40,000 nucleotides of DNA from Parabacteroides timonensis (lineage in GTDB: Bacteria; Bacteroidota; Bacteroidia; Bacteroidales; Tannerellaceae). Position numbers and translations under genes: made by a program. The notes under the pieces are model-generated. The model had not been told where the DNA came from and ran no database searches. It worked only from the letters and a program-made list of their open reading frames with translations. The stretch lies in assembly GCF_900128505.1 (NCBI RefSeq), contig NZ_LT669940.1, forward strand, positions 603,475 through 643,474, written 5' to 3'. The number at the start of each line of letters is the position of its first letter. Within the stretch, counting starts at the first letter, position 1. Shown one piece after another: positions 8,324 to 15,745 of this stretch.

Positions 8324-8344
8324 GAAGTCACAATTTGTGACTTC
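8324..8344. repeat. 21-bp palindrome GAAGTCACA-ATT-TGTGACTTC (core TCACAATTTGTGA, 8328-8340)
   Basis: 9-bp arms with a 3-nt centre, between the convergent stops at 8307 (+) and 8356 (-). No U-tract follows on either strand. Confidence 0.9.
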
Positions 8345-8355
8345 AAAGCTTCGAT

Positions 8356-9069
8356 TTACAACTTTCCCATTTTTGCAACAAATTCATCAAAGAAGATATC
8401 GCGGTAATTGTTGCCGATGGCTATTTCGTATTTGTCGATGTAGATATCGTTATTGTCGAAAGAGGCTATTTGTTGGGTGTTGACGATGTAAGAACGGTTT
8501 ACCCGCAGGAATACTTTGGGGAGTAGTTCGTGCATCGCTTTCATGCTGGTTTTGGTGATGATGCGCTGATCGGGAAGTTGAATGATTACATAATCTTTTA
8601 ACCCCTCGATGAATAATATATCCTTAAAATTGACTTTGAAGAAACGGCGTTCGGACTTGACAAACATGAATTCGCTCTCCACGTTTTCGATATTTTCCTT
8701 TTCTTCCGTCAACAGAAGCGCATGATATGATTTGGCTTTCTCTACTGCTTTTTGGAATCTTTCGGAGACAATCGGTTTCACCAGGTAATCGACGGCATCC
8801 ACTTCGTAACTGTCGATTGCATATTCTGCATAAGCTGTAGTGAATATCACGAGAGTGCTTTTAGGAATGGTACGGGCGAACTCCAGTCCGGTCACTTTGG
8901 GCATGCGGATATCCAGAAATATCAGGTCGACCGGATGCTCTTCTATAAACCGTGCAGCCGAAGTGGCATTGTTGAAACTACCGGCCAGTGTCAGTCCTCC
9001 GGTTTCATTTATCAGCATCTCTACCGCTTCACGGGCCAGAGGTTCGTCGTCTACAATGATACAGTTCAT
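8356..9069 (-). CDS. LytTR-family response regulator
   Basis: Receiver domain (IIVDDEPLAREA, acceptor Asp in LIFLDIRMP, VDYLVKP) plus a C-terminal LytTR domain (ILFIEGLKDYVII...FLRVNRSYIVN). Its start overlaps the upstream kinase stop by 4 nt (ATGA). Confidence 0.92.
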   Translation of the reverse strand: MNCIIVDDEPLAREAVEMLINETGGLTLAGSFNNATSAARFIEEHPVDLIFLDIRMPKVTGLEFARTIPKSTLVIFTTAYAEYAIDSYEVDAVDYLVKPIVSERFQKAVEKAKSYHALLLTEEKENIENVESEFMFVKSERRFFKVNFKDILFIEGLKDYVIIQLPDQRIITKTSMKAMHELLPKVFLRVNRSYIVNTQQIASFDNNDIYIDKYEIAIGNNYRDIFFDEFVAKMGKL

Positions 9070-10130
9070 AAGTCCAGGTATAAATTAACGGTGTAACTTT
9101 GTTTATCTTCTATGATCTTTAGCGAATGGCGGTCGGGATACAGTAAATCCAATCGTCGCCTGATGTTCTTCAGGCCCAGTCCGCCGATACGGTTGTCTTT
9201 TTCTTCCTCTTCGGCAGGTTTCGAGTTTTCACACCGGAAGGTCAACCGGTTATCCTGCACATTAAAAGAAAGATATACAAACGAAGCATTCTCCCCGTCC
9301 GTATTATGTTTGACTGCATTTTCTACAAAAGGGATGAACAACAGAGGCGGTAACCATACACTGTTGATATCGCCCTCTTTGGAAATCGTATAATTGAACT
9401 TATCCCGGCGTATCTTCTCCAGATTCAGGAAATCACTCATAAAACGGATGTCAGAACTGAGTTGTATCCTGTCTTGGGCACTGTCGTTGAACTGGTAACG
9501 CAACAGGTCTTCCAATTTGAACAATACATCTGCTGCTTCGTCACGTCCTTTCCTGATCAGTACATATACATTGTTCAACATATTAAACAGGAAGTGAGGA
9601 TTGATCTGACTTTTCAGGAATTTCAACTCCGATTGCAGGGTGGCAGCTTCCAGTTCGCTGACACGTTGATTGTTGCTGATCCAATGTTTAAAGAGCATCA
9701 TGGCAGAAGAACCGGCAACCAACAAGCCTGTGGATATTGTTGAAGACAGGATATTTAACCAGATTACCGACTGGCTGGAAGGCAGGTCCTCGAACCTTGT
9801 ATCATCGAAAAGAGTTTGGAGAGACCCTAATGTCACAATCGATACAAGAATCAATGCAAATACCGTGATCAGGTAAAGAAGCAGACGCCCTTTGAGCAGA
9901 AACCGCGGTACCAATACATAAGCATTTACATAAATGAGTATGTCGATGAGCAGGAAATAACCGATCCATGAACGGATACGTGCCGGAGTAATGATCAGTT
10001 CGTCCGGCGTATCCCAGAATACATTGATCGTGATAAAAAAAACGACCAGTTGCAACAGGAGATGCCTGTAAATCCTTTTCCGCGGACTTAACAGGAAATC
10101 AGATACTATATAATCTATATTATTTGCCAT
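9066..10130 (-). CDS. LytS/His_kinase-type sensor histidine kinase (4 TM, intact catalytic motifs)
   Basis: H-box QINPHFLFNMLNN, N-box FVENAVKHN, G-box GGLGLKNIRRRL. The N-terminus has about 4 hydrophobic segments and includes YVLVPRFLLKGR. Confidence 0.9.
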   Translation of the reverse strand: MANNIDYIVSDFLLSPRKRIYRHLLLQLVVFFITINVFWDTPDELIITPARIRSWIGYFLLIDILIYVNAYVLVPRFLLKGRLLLYLITVFALILVSIVTLGSLQTLFDDTRFEDLPSSQSVIWLNILSSTISTGLLVAGSSAMMLFKHWISNNQRVSELEAATLQSELKFLKSQINPHFLFNMLNNVYVLIRKGRDEAADVLFKLEDLLRYQFNDSAQDRIQLSSDIRFMSDFLNLEKIRRDKFNYTISKEGDINSVWLPPLLFIPFVENAVKHNTDGENASFVYLSFNVQDNRLTFRCENSKPAEEEEKDNRIGGLGLKNIRRRLDLLYPDRHSLKIIEDKQSYTVNLYLDL

Positions 10131-11202
10131 GTGTATTCAATTTTAATAGAATAGTGCCTGTTCCCTGATCTTTGTCCTGTGTAACGGATAATGAATAATT
10201 GTCCGGATAAAGAAGGTTGAGACGTGCTTTGAAGCCATCCAACTCTTGGATAGCCGGTGTATCTGTTTCGTCGAACCGGCAGATAATAGAAATCTGCTGC
10301 CCTTCCCGGCTTGCCTGCAAGAGTATAGATGGACGGCTTGTTTGCTTCCCGGTTCTTTTCAAAGCATATTGAATGATCGGTACAAGCAGGAGGGGAGGAA
10401 TAAGCACTCCCGTCAGTTCCGTCTCCGATACAATCCGATAATCGAATGAGTCGGAATAGAACTTCTCCAATGCCAGGTAATTATTCAGAAAAGTGATTTC
10501 AGAATTTAATAATACCTTATCGCGTGCCCCATCATACAGCTGGTAACGTAATAACTGGCTTAACCGTAACACCATATCCGCCGCTTTCTCCGGTTCGCTT
10601 TTCGATAACACGGCAGTCCGGTTTAATGTATTGAATAGTAACGATGGATTCACCTGTTCTTTCAGGTTATCCACTTCCGACTGTATCTGTTTCTTCTCCA
10701 GTAGGTTTACCCGTTGGTTCTCTATCATCCAATGTCTTAGTAATACGGTCATGGAGATACCGGTGATGCAGATCATGTTCAGCATGAAGTCCGACAAACT
10801 ATCCAGGATACTGACCATATTGAAATAAGAACTCCTGATAGGAGGAATACCGGATGAAGTAAATATCCAGTATTCCTGCACATACCGTATCAATATAAGC
10901 AGTAAGATGGAACTGGCGGAATAAATGATATAAGTCAGATACCTCTTTTTTAGCAATAATCTGGGTACGAGCAGATAGAGATGGAGATAACCGACTATAA
11001 CATAGGAAATCAGTGTACTGAAACCTGCCAGGTAAACATAATTATCCAACAACTCAACTCTTGCTCCGTATGTATAGATGTTCTGGTTGAGTGATACTGC
11101 CGCTACTGCCACGAGCAACAGGATATGACGCGCTATTCTGTATCTGGAACTGACCAGAAACTGATACAGGAAAGTTTGTTTATTAATAGGGTTGTCTGTC
11201 AT
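10120..11202 (-). CDS. Degenerate histidine-kinase paralog (pseudokinase: H-, N- and G-boxes lost)
   Basis: Colinear with the neighbouring kinase (LYLLVPRLLLKKR, LLRYQLYD, ALEKF). The motif positions read QVNPSLLFNTLNR (His to Ser) and IIQYALKRT (N-box lost), and there is no GxGL box. Intact 360-aa ORF with an ATG start; it overlaps the next gene by 11 nt. Confidence 0.8.
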   Translation of the reverse strand: MTDNPINKQTFLYQFLVSSRYRIARHILLLVAVAAVSLNQNIYTYGARVELLDNYVYLAGFSTLISYVIVGYLHLYLLVPRLLLKKRYLTYIIYSASSILLLILIRYVQEYWIFTSSGIPPIRSSYFNMVSILDSLSDFMLNMICITGISMTVLLRHWMIENQRVNLLEKKQIQSEVDNLKEQVNPSLLFNTLNRTAVLSKSEPEKAADMVLRLSQLLRYQLYDGARDKVLLNSEITFLNNYLALEKFYSDSFDYRIVSETELTGVLIPPLLLVPIIQYALKRTGKQTSRPSILLQASREGQQISIICRFDETDTPAIQELDGFKARLNLLYPDNYSLSVTQDKDQGTGTILLKLNTHGK

Positions 11203-11265
11203 ATAGCGGCATCCTCTTTAAGTGTCCGAAATTACTATTTTATTTGTTACCAGTCGGTAAAACAG

Positions 11266-13635
11266 TTAAAATTCTAGTTTATAACTGATATTACTGATAG
11301 GAATACTTTGGCCGTTCCGTTCCATTACACCGGATTTCAGGTTGTAATGATAGCCGTAATATTCTTCTGTACCTGTTACATTTAGTGCTTTGATGGCAAA
11401 CTCATGCGCTACTTTCTTTTTGTTTATTTTATAGCTGACGGTGAAGTTGGCGATGAACATGACCGGATATTGTTGCGAATAGGCGTGTGTCTCGTCATAT
11501 TGCGCTTCCTTATCCGGATGAGCCAGACTGGCTTCCGTATCGAGGGGAGAATAACGTTCTCCTCCCTGCAGGGTGAATTTTGCATTGGCACTCAGGATAT
11601 TCTGTTTGTTTTTCCCTAGCATCCATTCCTTTCCGATCAAAGTATTGAGTATATACCGGCGGTTGAAGCGGGTATCATGCCAGACACCGTCGCCACCTTT
11701 GTATTTGGAATCAAAAACAGATGCCGTTATCAGATAATATAATCCCCTGCTCAGATACTTCTCCAGTGTGATGTCTACTCCGATATTACGTCCTTTTCCC
11801 TTGTTCACCAGTGCTTCTTCCACATAAAACTCTCTCCGGTTGAGGACGGAATAGGAACTGTCGGCAATGACCGGAACATCGTACAGGAACTGGACATAAG
11901 GCTCGACTTTGAGAAGCAAATTGTCAGATAATTTATAACCGAGTGTCAGCATCAGGTGATGGGCTTTCGTGAAATCGAGATCCTTATTAATCAATTCCTC
12001 GCCGGTACTTTTGGAGTTGACGAAATAGACATCCATCTTTTCCATGCGGCTATGTAAGCCGTAAGCTAGGGCAAGTGAGGTACGGGCGGTGGGTGTCCAT
12101 TTCATTCCCAGGCGTGGTTCCAGCGTCCAGCTATTGTTGAGCGTCAGTATCTGGCTGTTTAAACCGGCGTTTATAGACAGTTGGTTGGTTATCCCGAAAG
12201 CGGAACTGGTATAAACGGAGATCAGGTCGGTTTGTCCTTTCCCTTTGGACAGGGTGTTTAAGGGGGCTGTTTCAAACGGAGCCAGGTTCATTCTCATATC
12301 ATAGAACATCCGGGTATAGGTGAAACCTGTCTGGTTGGTATGCTGTGCGCTGAATTTCCGGTTGTAAGACGAGGTTAGAATCAGGTTTGTGTTCTTGTTC
12401 TTTTGGTAGGTGAACGGAGTGAAGGTATGATCGGCGGCATAGGAATCTTCGGTTGCGTTCATTTCGGAATAAGTGGCGGCCAAAGTCGTCTTCAGCATCG
12501 CATCGTTCGGAAAGAAATAGCGGTGGCTGATTCCTCCGGCCGCCATATATTGTTTGGCTGTTGATTTGAAGTTGTCGCGGGTATGTTCCCATTCCTGCGG
12601 ATTCTCTTCGAAGTCACCTTCATATTTATCGATCAGGCTGGTTCCCCAAACAGAAAAGGTTCCTGCTTTACGTGTCGGGAAGTTGAATTTGAAATTCAGA
12701 TCCTGGTAATCGAGCGTACCACCCATGTCTAATCCCGGATAGATACGGTTCAATAACCCGGTCGTGGAATACCGGTAGTTGAATATATAGGAGGCCTGAT
12801 GCTTTTTGCTTAAAGGGCCTTCGGACGCTATATCCAGACCTAATATGCCTGCCTGGATCGTATTTTCCATTTTCCGGTTATTTCCGTTCCGCAGTTTCAT
12901 GTCGAATACCCCGGATACCGCGTTCCCGTATTCCGCAGGAAATGCACCGGTGAAAAAGTCGGAATTACCCAGAACCTGGCTACTGAGTGAAGAAAGGATA
13001 CCGCCTCCCAATATCGAAATATCGGCAAAATGATTCGGATTGGGTATTTCCACATCTTCCATCCTCCATTGTAATAGATGGGGAGCATTCCCGTGGATGG
13101 ATATCCCATTACTGGAAAGGTTGGCAGCTACACCGGCAAACGAACTGACCAGGCGTGCCGGATCATCCAGCCCGCCGGCATAACGGCTGGCTTCTTCCAC
13201 ACTGAGCATACGGGCTCCGGTGACAGCCATCTTATTGAGAGGCTGTTCTTTGTTTATCTGCGGGCGGATAACGACTTCGCTTAATTCCTGAACGTTCTCT
13301 TTCAGTGAGATATCCAGATAGACCTCCTTGGCGGAAGTGACAAGGACTTCCCGGAATATACCGGGTTCGTAACCTAAATAAGTAGCCTGTACATTGTGTC
13401 TTCCTATTGGAATGCCGGATAATACAAATTGCCCCTTTTCATCTGTGGTGGTTCCTGTTCCGGGCATATCCGAAAGCATAATTGTCACATCCGGCATCGG
13501 GTGACCGGAGGCTTTGTCGATGACGGTTCCGCGTAGAGTTTGTGCGGGTTGGTTGTTTGCGATTGGTTGGGCATAGCCACCGGTTACGGATACAGACCAG
13601 ATAAGCAGGAATAAAAAAGTGATTGTACGATACAT
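11266..13635 (-). CDS. TonB-dependent outer-membrane receptor with N-terminal carboxypeptidase-regulatory-like domain
   Basis: Signal peptide MYRTITFLFLLIWSVSVTGGYAQ. CarbopepD_reg-like LRGTVIDKASGHPMPDVTIML...GQFVLSGIPIGRH. Plug-like segment (DDPARLVSSFAGV...ISIHGNAP...FPAEYGNAVSGVFDMKLR). Long beta-barrel ending in ...ISYKLEF (terminal Phe). Confidence 0.85.
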   Translation of the reverse strand: MYRTITFLFLLIWSVSVTGGYAQPIANNQPAQTLRGTVIDKASGHPMPDVTIMLSDMPGTGTTTDEKGQFVLSGIPIGRHNVQATYLGYEPGIFREVLVTSAKEVYLDISLKENVQELSEVVIRPQINKEQPLNKMAVTGARMLSVEEASRYAGGLDDPARLVSSFAGVAANLSSNGISIHGNAPHLLQWRMEDVEIPNPNHFADISILGGGILSSLSSQVLGNSDFFTGAFPAEYGNAVSGVFDMKLRNGNNRKMENTIQAGILGLDIASEGPLSKKHQASYIFNYRYSTTGLLNRIYPGLDMGGTLDYQDLNFKFNFPTRKAGTFSVWGTSLIDKYEGDFEENPQEWEHTRDNFKSTAKQYMAAGGISHRYFFPNDAMLKTTLAATYSEMNATEDSYAADHTFTPFTYQKNKNTNLILTSSYNRKFSAQHTNQTGFTYTRMFYDMRMNLAPFETAPLNTLSKGKGQTDLISVYTSSAFGITNQLSINAGLNSQILTLNNSWTLEPRLGMKWTPTARTSLALAYGLHSRMEKMDVYFVNSKSTGEELINKDLDFTKAHHLMLTLGYKLSDNLLLKVEPYVQFLYDVPVIADSSYSVLNRREFYVEEALVNKGKGRNIGVDITLEKYLSRGLYYLITASVFDSKYKGGDGVWHDTRFNRRYILNTLIGKEWMLGKNKQNILSANAKFTLQGGERYSPLDTEASLAHPDKEAQYDETHAYSQQYPVMFIANFTVSYKINKKKVAHEFAIKALNVTGTEEYYGYHYNLKSGVMERNGQSIPISNISYKLEF

Positions 13636-13665
13636 ATTGATTATTGAATTGGGTGATACAGGAGA

Positions 13666-13866
13666 TTACGAAATACTTCCGTTGTTTTTCTTGTTTTTGA
13701 TACGTGTCAGGATATCGTAGACGTATTCGAATACCGTGCCTTTCCATTTGCTTCGGGTTATTTCTTCACTGAAAACATCTTCGAACGTATCGAATACTTT
13801 GATGCAATCTTCCGGATCTACTCCCGAACGGCTTGCTACTGCTGAAATGACTTCTCTTTTGTTCAT
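13666..13866 (-). CDS. 66-aa protein resembling only the N-terminal helical half of HU/IHF
   Basis: MNKREVISAVASRSGVDPEDCIKVFDTFEDVFSEEI follows the HU N-terminal pattern (compare E. coli HupA [36 protein letters not shown]). The beta-arm region with the RxGRNPxT motif is absent. ATG start; stop lies 30 nt before the TonB receptor start. Confidence 0.5.
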   Translation of the reverse strand: MNKREVISAVASRSGVDPEDCIKVFDTFEDVFSEEITRSKWKGTVFEYVYDILTRIKNKKNNGSIS

Positions 13867-13892
13867 AACTCTTTTGTTTTATGATTATGCAG

Positions 13893-13900
13893 CGAAGATA
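13893..13900 (-). promoter_or_regulatory. Near-consensus -7 box (TATCTTCG) for the HU-like/TonB-receptor/kinase operon
   Basis: The reverse strand reads TATCTTCG, one mismatch to TAnnTTTG, 26 nt upstream of ATG 13866. Confidence 0.3.
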
Positions 13901-13983
13901 GTCCTGTAAGGAAAGTGCTTTCGGGTTTGTAGACGGAAGTGCTTTTTTCGTATATAGAATTCTTATTACGGTCGACAAGGTCT

Positions 13984-14039
13984 TGTTTCGTTTCAGCAGC
14001 GGAAAAATACGTTTCGGAAAATTCCTGTTTCGTTTCGGC
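13984..14039. repeat. Direct repeats TGTTTCGTTTCAGC / TGTTTCGTTTCGGC with a third CGTTTCGG between them
   Basis: 13984-13997 and 14026-14039 are 13/14 identical and 42 bp apart. CGTTTCGG lies at 14010-14017. All sit in the divergent control region between the two LytTR-containing operons. Confidence 0.8.
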
Positions 14040-14072
14040 AAAATAAAGTAAGTTTACAATACATCTATATAA

Positions 14073-14080
14073 TAAGTTTG
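14073..14080 (+). promoter_or_regulatory. -7 box TAAGTTTG for the lipoprotein/beta-barrel operon
   Basis: Exact TAnnTTTG match, 41 nt upstream of ATG 14122. Confidence 0.4.
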
Positions 14081-14121
14081 CATCGAAATGAATGATTGGA
14101 TGATTAAAATTGTTGAGAAAA

Positions 14122-14283
14122 ATGGCAAACACATTATTGTTGGGGTTATTAGCTGCATTTACGTGTGCCGATTATAGGTCGGTGCCGACAGAAAGTAAAC
14201 CGGTCGCGGAAGAAGAAAAAGTAAATCCGGAGGTTTTGGATAAGCCTGTGTTCGAAGAGAACGGACTGGTTGTTAATAGATGA
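14122..14283 (+). CDS. Hypothetical 53-aa lipoprotein (below the ORF-track cut-off)
   Basis: Hand translation: MANTLLLGLLAAFTCADYRSVPTESKPVAEEEKVNPEVLDKPVFEENGLVVNR. Hydrophobic h-region followed by Cys15 (lipobox-like AFTC). ATG start with a promoter box upstream. Confidence 0.45.
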   Translation: MANTLLLGLLAAFTCADYRSVPTESKPVAEEEKVNPEVLDKPVFEENGLVVNR

Positions 14284-14352
14284 TCGAATGAATTTCAGAG
14301 ACATTCGTTGTGTGTTTAGATTTAATTCTGTTACTTAAAAATTAAAAGACGT

Positions 14353-14985
14353 ATGAAGAAGTTGTTTTTATTTGCTTTGGCTGTGACAGCCTTATTTTCT
14401 TCCTGCGAGAAAGACCCGGATCTGAATAAGCTGTCCAGTGATTATGCTGTCTATACGAATTATGATAGCAATGTTCAGTTCAACAAATTCAATTCTTATT
14501 ATCTTCCTGATAGCATTCTGCTAGCCGGTAGTGGTCTGAAGGCCCAATATTGGAAAGACGAGAATGCCCAAAAGATCATTAATGAGGTAGTGACTGAGAT
14601 GGATGCCCGTGGATATACCCGGATCGATGACAAGGAAAAGGCCGACATCGGTTTACAGTTATCCTATGCCCAAAGTACTACGCAGATCATCTCGCCGGGG
14701 TATGGTTACGGTTACGGCTGGTGGGGAGCCGGTTTCTGGGGACCGTTCTGGAATGACTGGTATTATCCGTATCCTGTTTCCTATAGTTATGACACCGGTA
14801 CATTTGTTGCAGAAATGGTCGACTTAACGGATAAACCGACCGATGGGAATAAGAAGGTCGATCTGCCGGTTATCTGGCATGCTTATGCTTCGGGTCTTAT
14901 GTATAATAATTCGCGCATCGATATGCAACTGACACTGCGTGCTGTCGAACAGGCCTTTGCCCAATCCTCTTATATCAATAAATAA
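14353..14985 (+). CDS. DUF4136-like lipoprotein with a Gly/Trp/Tyr-rich insert
   Basis: Lipoprotein signal MKKLFLFALAVTALFSSC followed by EKDPD. Aromatic-glycine tract GYGYGYGWWGAGFWGPFWNDWYYPYP. C-terminal GTFVAEMVDL...VIWHAYASG resembles the DUF4136 pattern (from memory). Confidence 0.6.
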   Translation: MKKLFLFALAVTALFSSCEKDPDLNKLSSDYAVYTNYDSNVQFNKFNSYYLPDSILLAGSGLKAQYWKDENAQKIINEVVTEMDARGYTRIDDKEKADIGLQLSYAQSTTQIISPGYGYGYGWWGAGFWGPFWNDWYYPYPVSYSYDTGTFVAEMVDLTDKPTDGNKKVDLPVIWHAYASGLMYNNSRIDMQLTLRAVEQAFAQSSYINK

Positions 14986-15000
14986 TAAAACCGGAAGATT

Positions 15001-15633
15001 ATGAAAACGATGAGATACATTTTTAAGAAACAATTCATATTATTGATGATACTGTCTGTTTTCTGCTTGAAAGGACAGGCACAGATAGAAGATAAGCTGC
15101 ATTTTAATGTAGATTGGCAGATGAATACTCCGATCCATACGGATTTTGCAGATAAGATCAGCGGTTGGGGAATGAATTTTGAAGCAGGATACTATGTAAC
15201 GCCTTCCTGGTCATTGGGAGCATTCCTGAGTTTTCATACGAATCATAAATACGTAGACCGGCAGACCTTGCAATTATCGCCGACCGAATCGTTGACGACC
15301 GACCAGCAGTTATCGGCTTTTCAATTGCCTTTTGGTCTGACGACTTCCTACCGCTTCGGGCAGAATGATTATCTGAAACCGTATGTGGGTGTGAAATTGG
15401 GTGCCATGTATGCGGAAAATTCCAGTTATATGACGACAGTTCGTTATTATTCGAATCCGTGGGGTTTCTATGTATCGCCTGAACTGGGAATGAATATTTA
15501 TCCTGTGCCGGACAAGCGTTTCGGTTTTCATGTGGCCTTGTATTACAGTTACGCCACAAACCAGACGGATTTACTGACTTATTCGATGAACGGACAAAAC
15601 AATCTGGGATTCCGTGTCGGTATTTGTTTCTGA
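15001..15633 (+). CDS. Small outer-membrane beta-barrel protein (OMP_b-brl/OmpW-like)
   Basis: Signal peptide ending in GQAQ, alternating amphipathic strands, aromatic girdle residues, and C-terminal ...LGFRVGICF (terminal Phe beta-signal). Confidence 0.7.
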   Translation: MKTMRYIFKKQFILLMILSVFCLKGQAQIEDKLHFNVDWQMNTPIHTDFADKISGWGMNFEAGYYVTPSWSLGAFLSFHTNHKYVDRQTLQLSPTESLTTDQQLSAFQLPFGLTTSYRFGQNDYLKPYVGVKLGAMYAENSSYMTTVRYYSNPWGFYVSPELGMNIYPVPDKRFGFHVALYYSYATNQTDLLTYSMNGQNNLGFRVGICF

Positions 15634-15659
15634 TAGGTTCGTGATATATGTTTTCTTAT

Positions 15660-15705
15660 AAAGGAGGTATCTGAAAATTGATATCAGATAGCCTCTTTAT
15701 TTCTT
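15660..15705 (+). terminator. Imperfect hairpin terminator after the beta-barrel gene
   Basis: AAAGGAGGTATCTGA ... TCAGATAGCCTCTTT (two bulges), followed by ATTTCTTT. Confidence 0.4.
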
Positions 15706-15714
15706 TGAAAGCCT

Positions 15715-15722
15715 TACATTTG
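15715..15722 (+). promoter_or_regulatory. -7 box TACATTTG for the kinase/regulator pair
   Basis: Exact TAnnTTTG match, 23 nt upstream of ATG 15746. It overlaps the GTG at 15722 used by the ORF track, which argues against that start. Confidence 0.4.
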
Positions 15723-15745
15723 TGTTTACAATAGATCATCAAATT

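Noticed and set aside
7488-8344. The 21-bp palindromes as plain rho-independent terminators
   Set aside because: Neither is followed by a U-tract on either strand, and the first lies upstream of trmB, not downstream. They are kept as repeats of unknown role (see finding) rather than annotated as terminators.
13636-13665. Riboswitch (for example cobalamin) ahead of the TonB-dependent receptor
   Set aside because: Only 30 nt separate the receptor start from the preceding ORF. The 255-bp region upstream of the operon shows no B12-box-like sequence that I could recognise.
13766-14132. Minus-strand ORFs of 91 and 89 aa across the divergent control region
   Set aside because: They overlap each other, the HU-like gene and the promoter/repeat region. 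The repeated peptide FAETKQEFSE...AAETKQD merely mirrors the GTTTCG DNA repeats.
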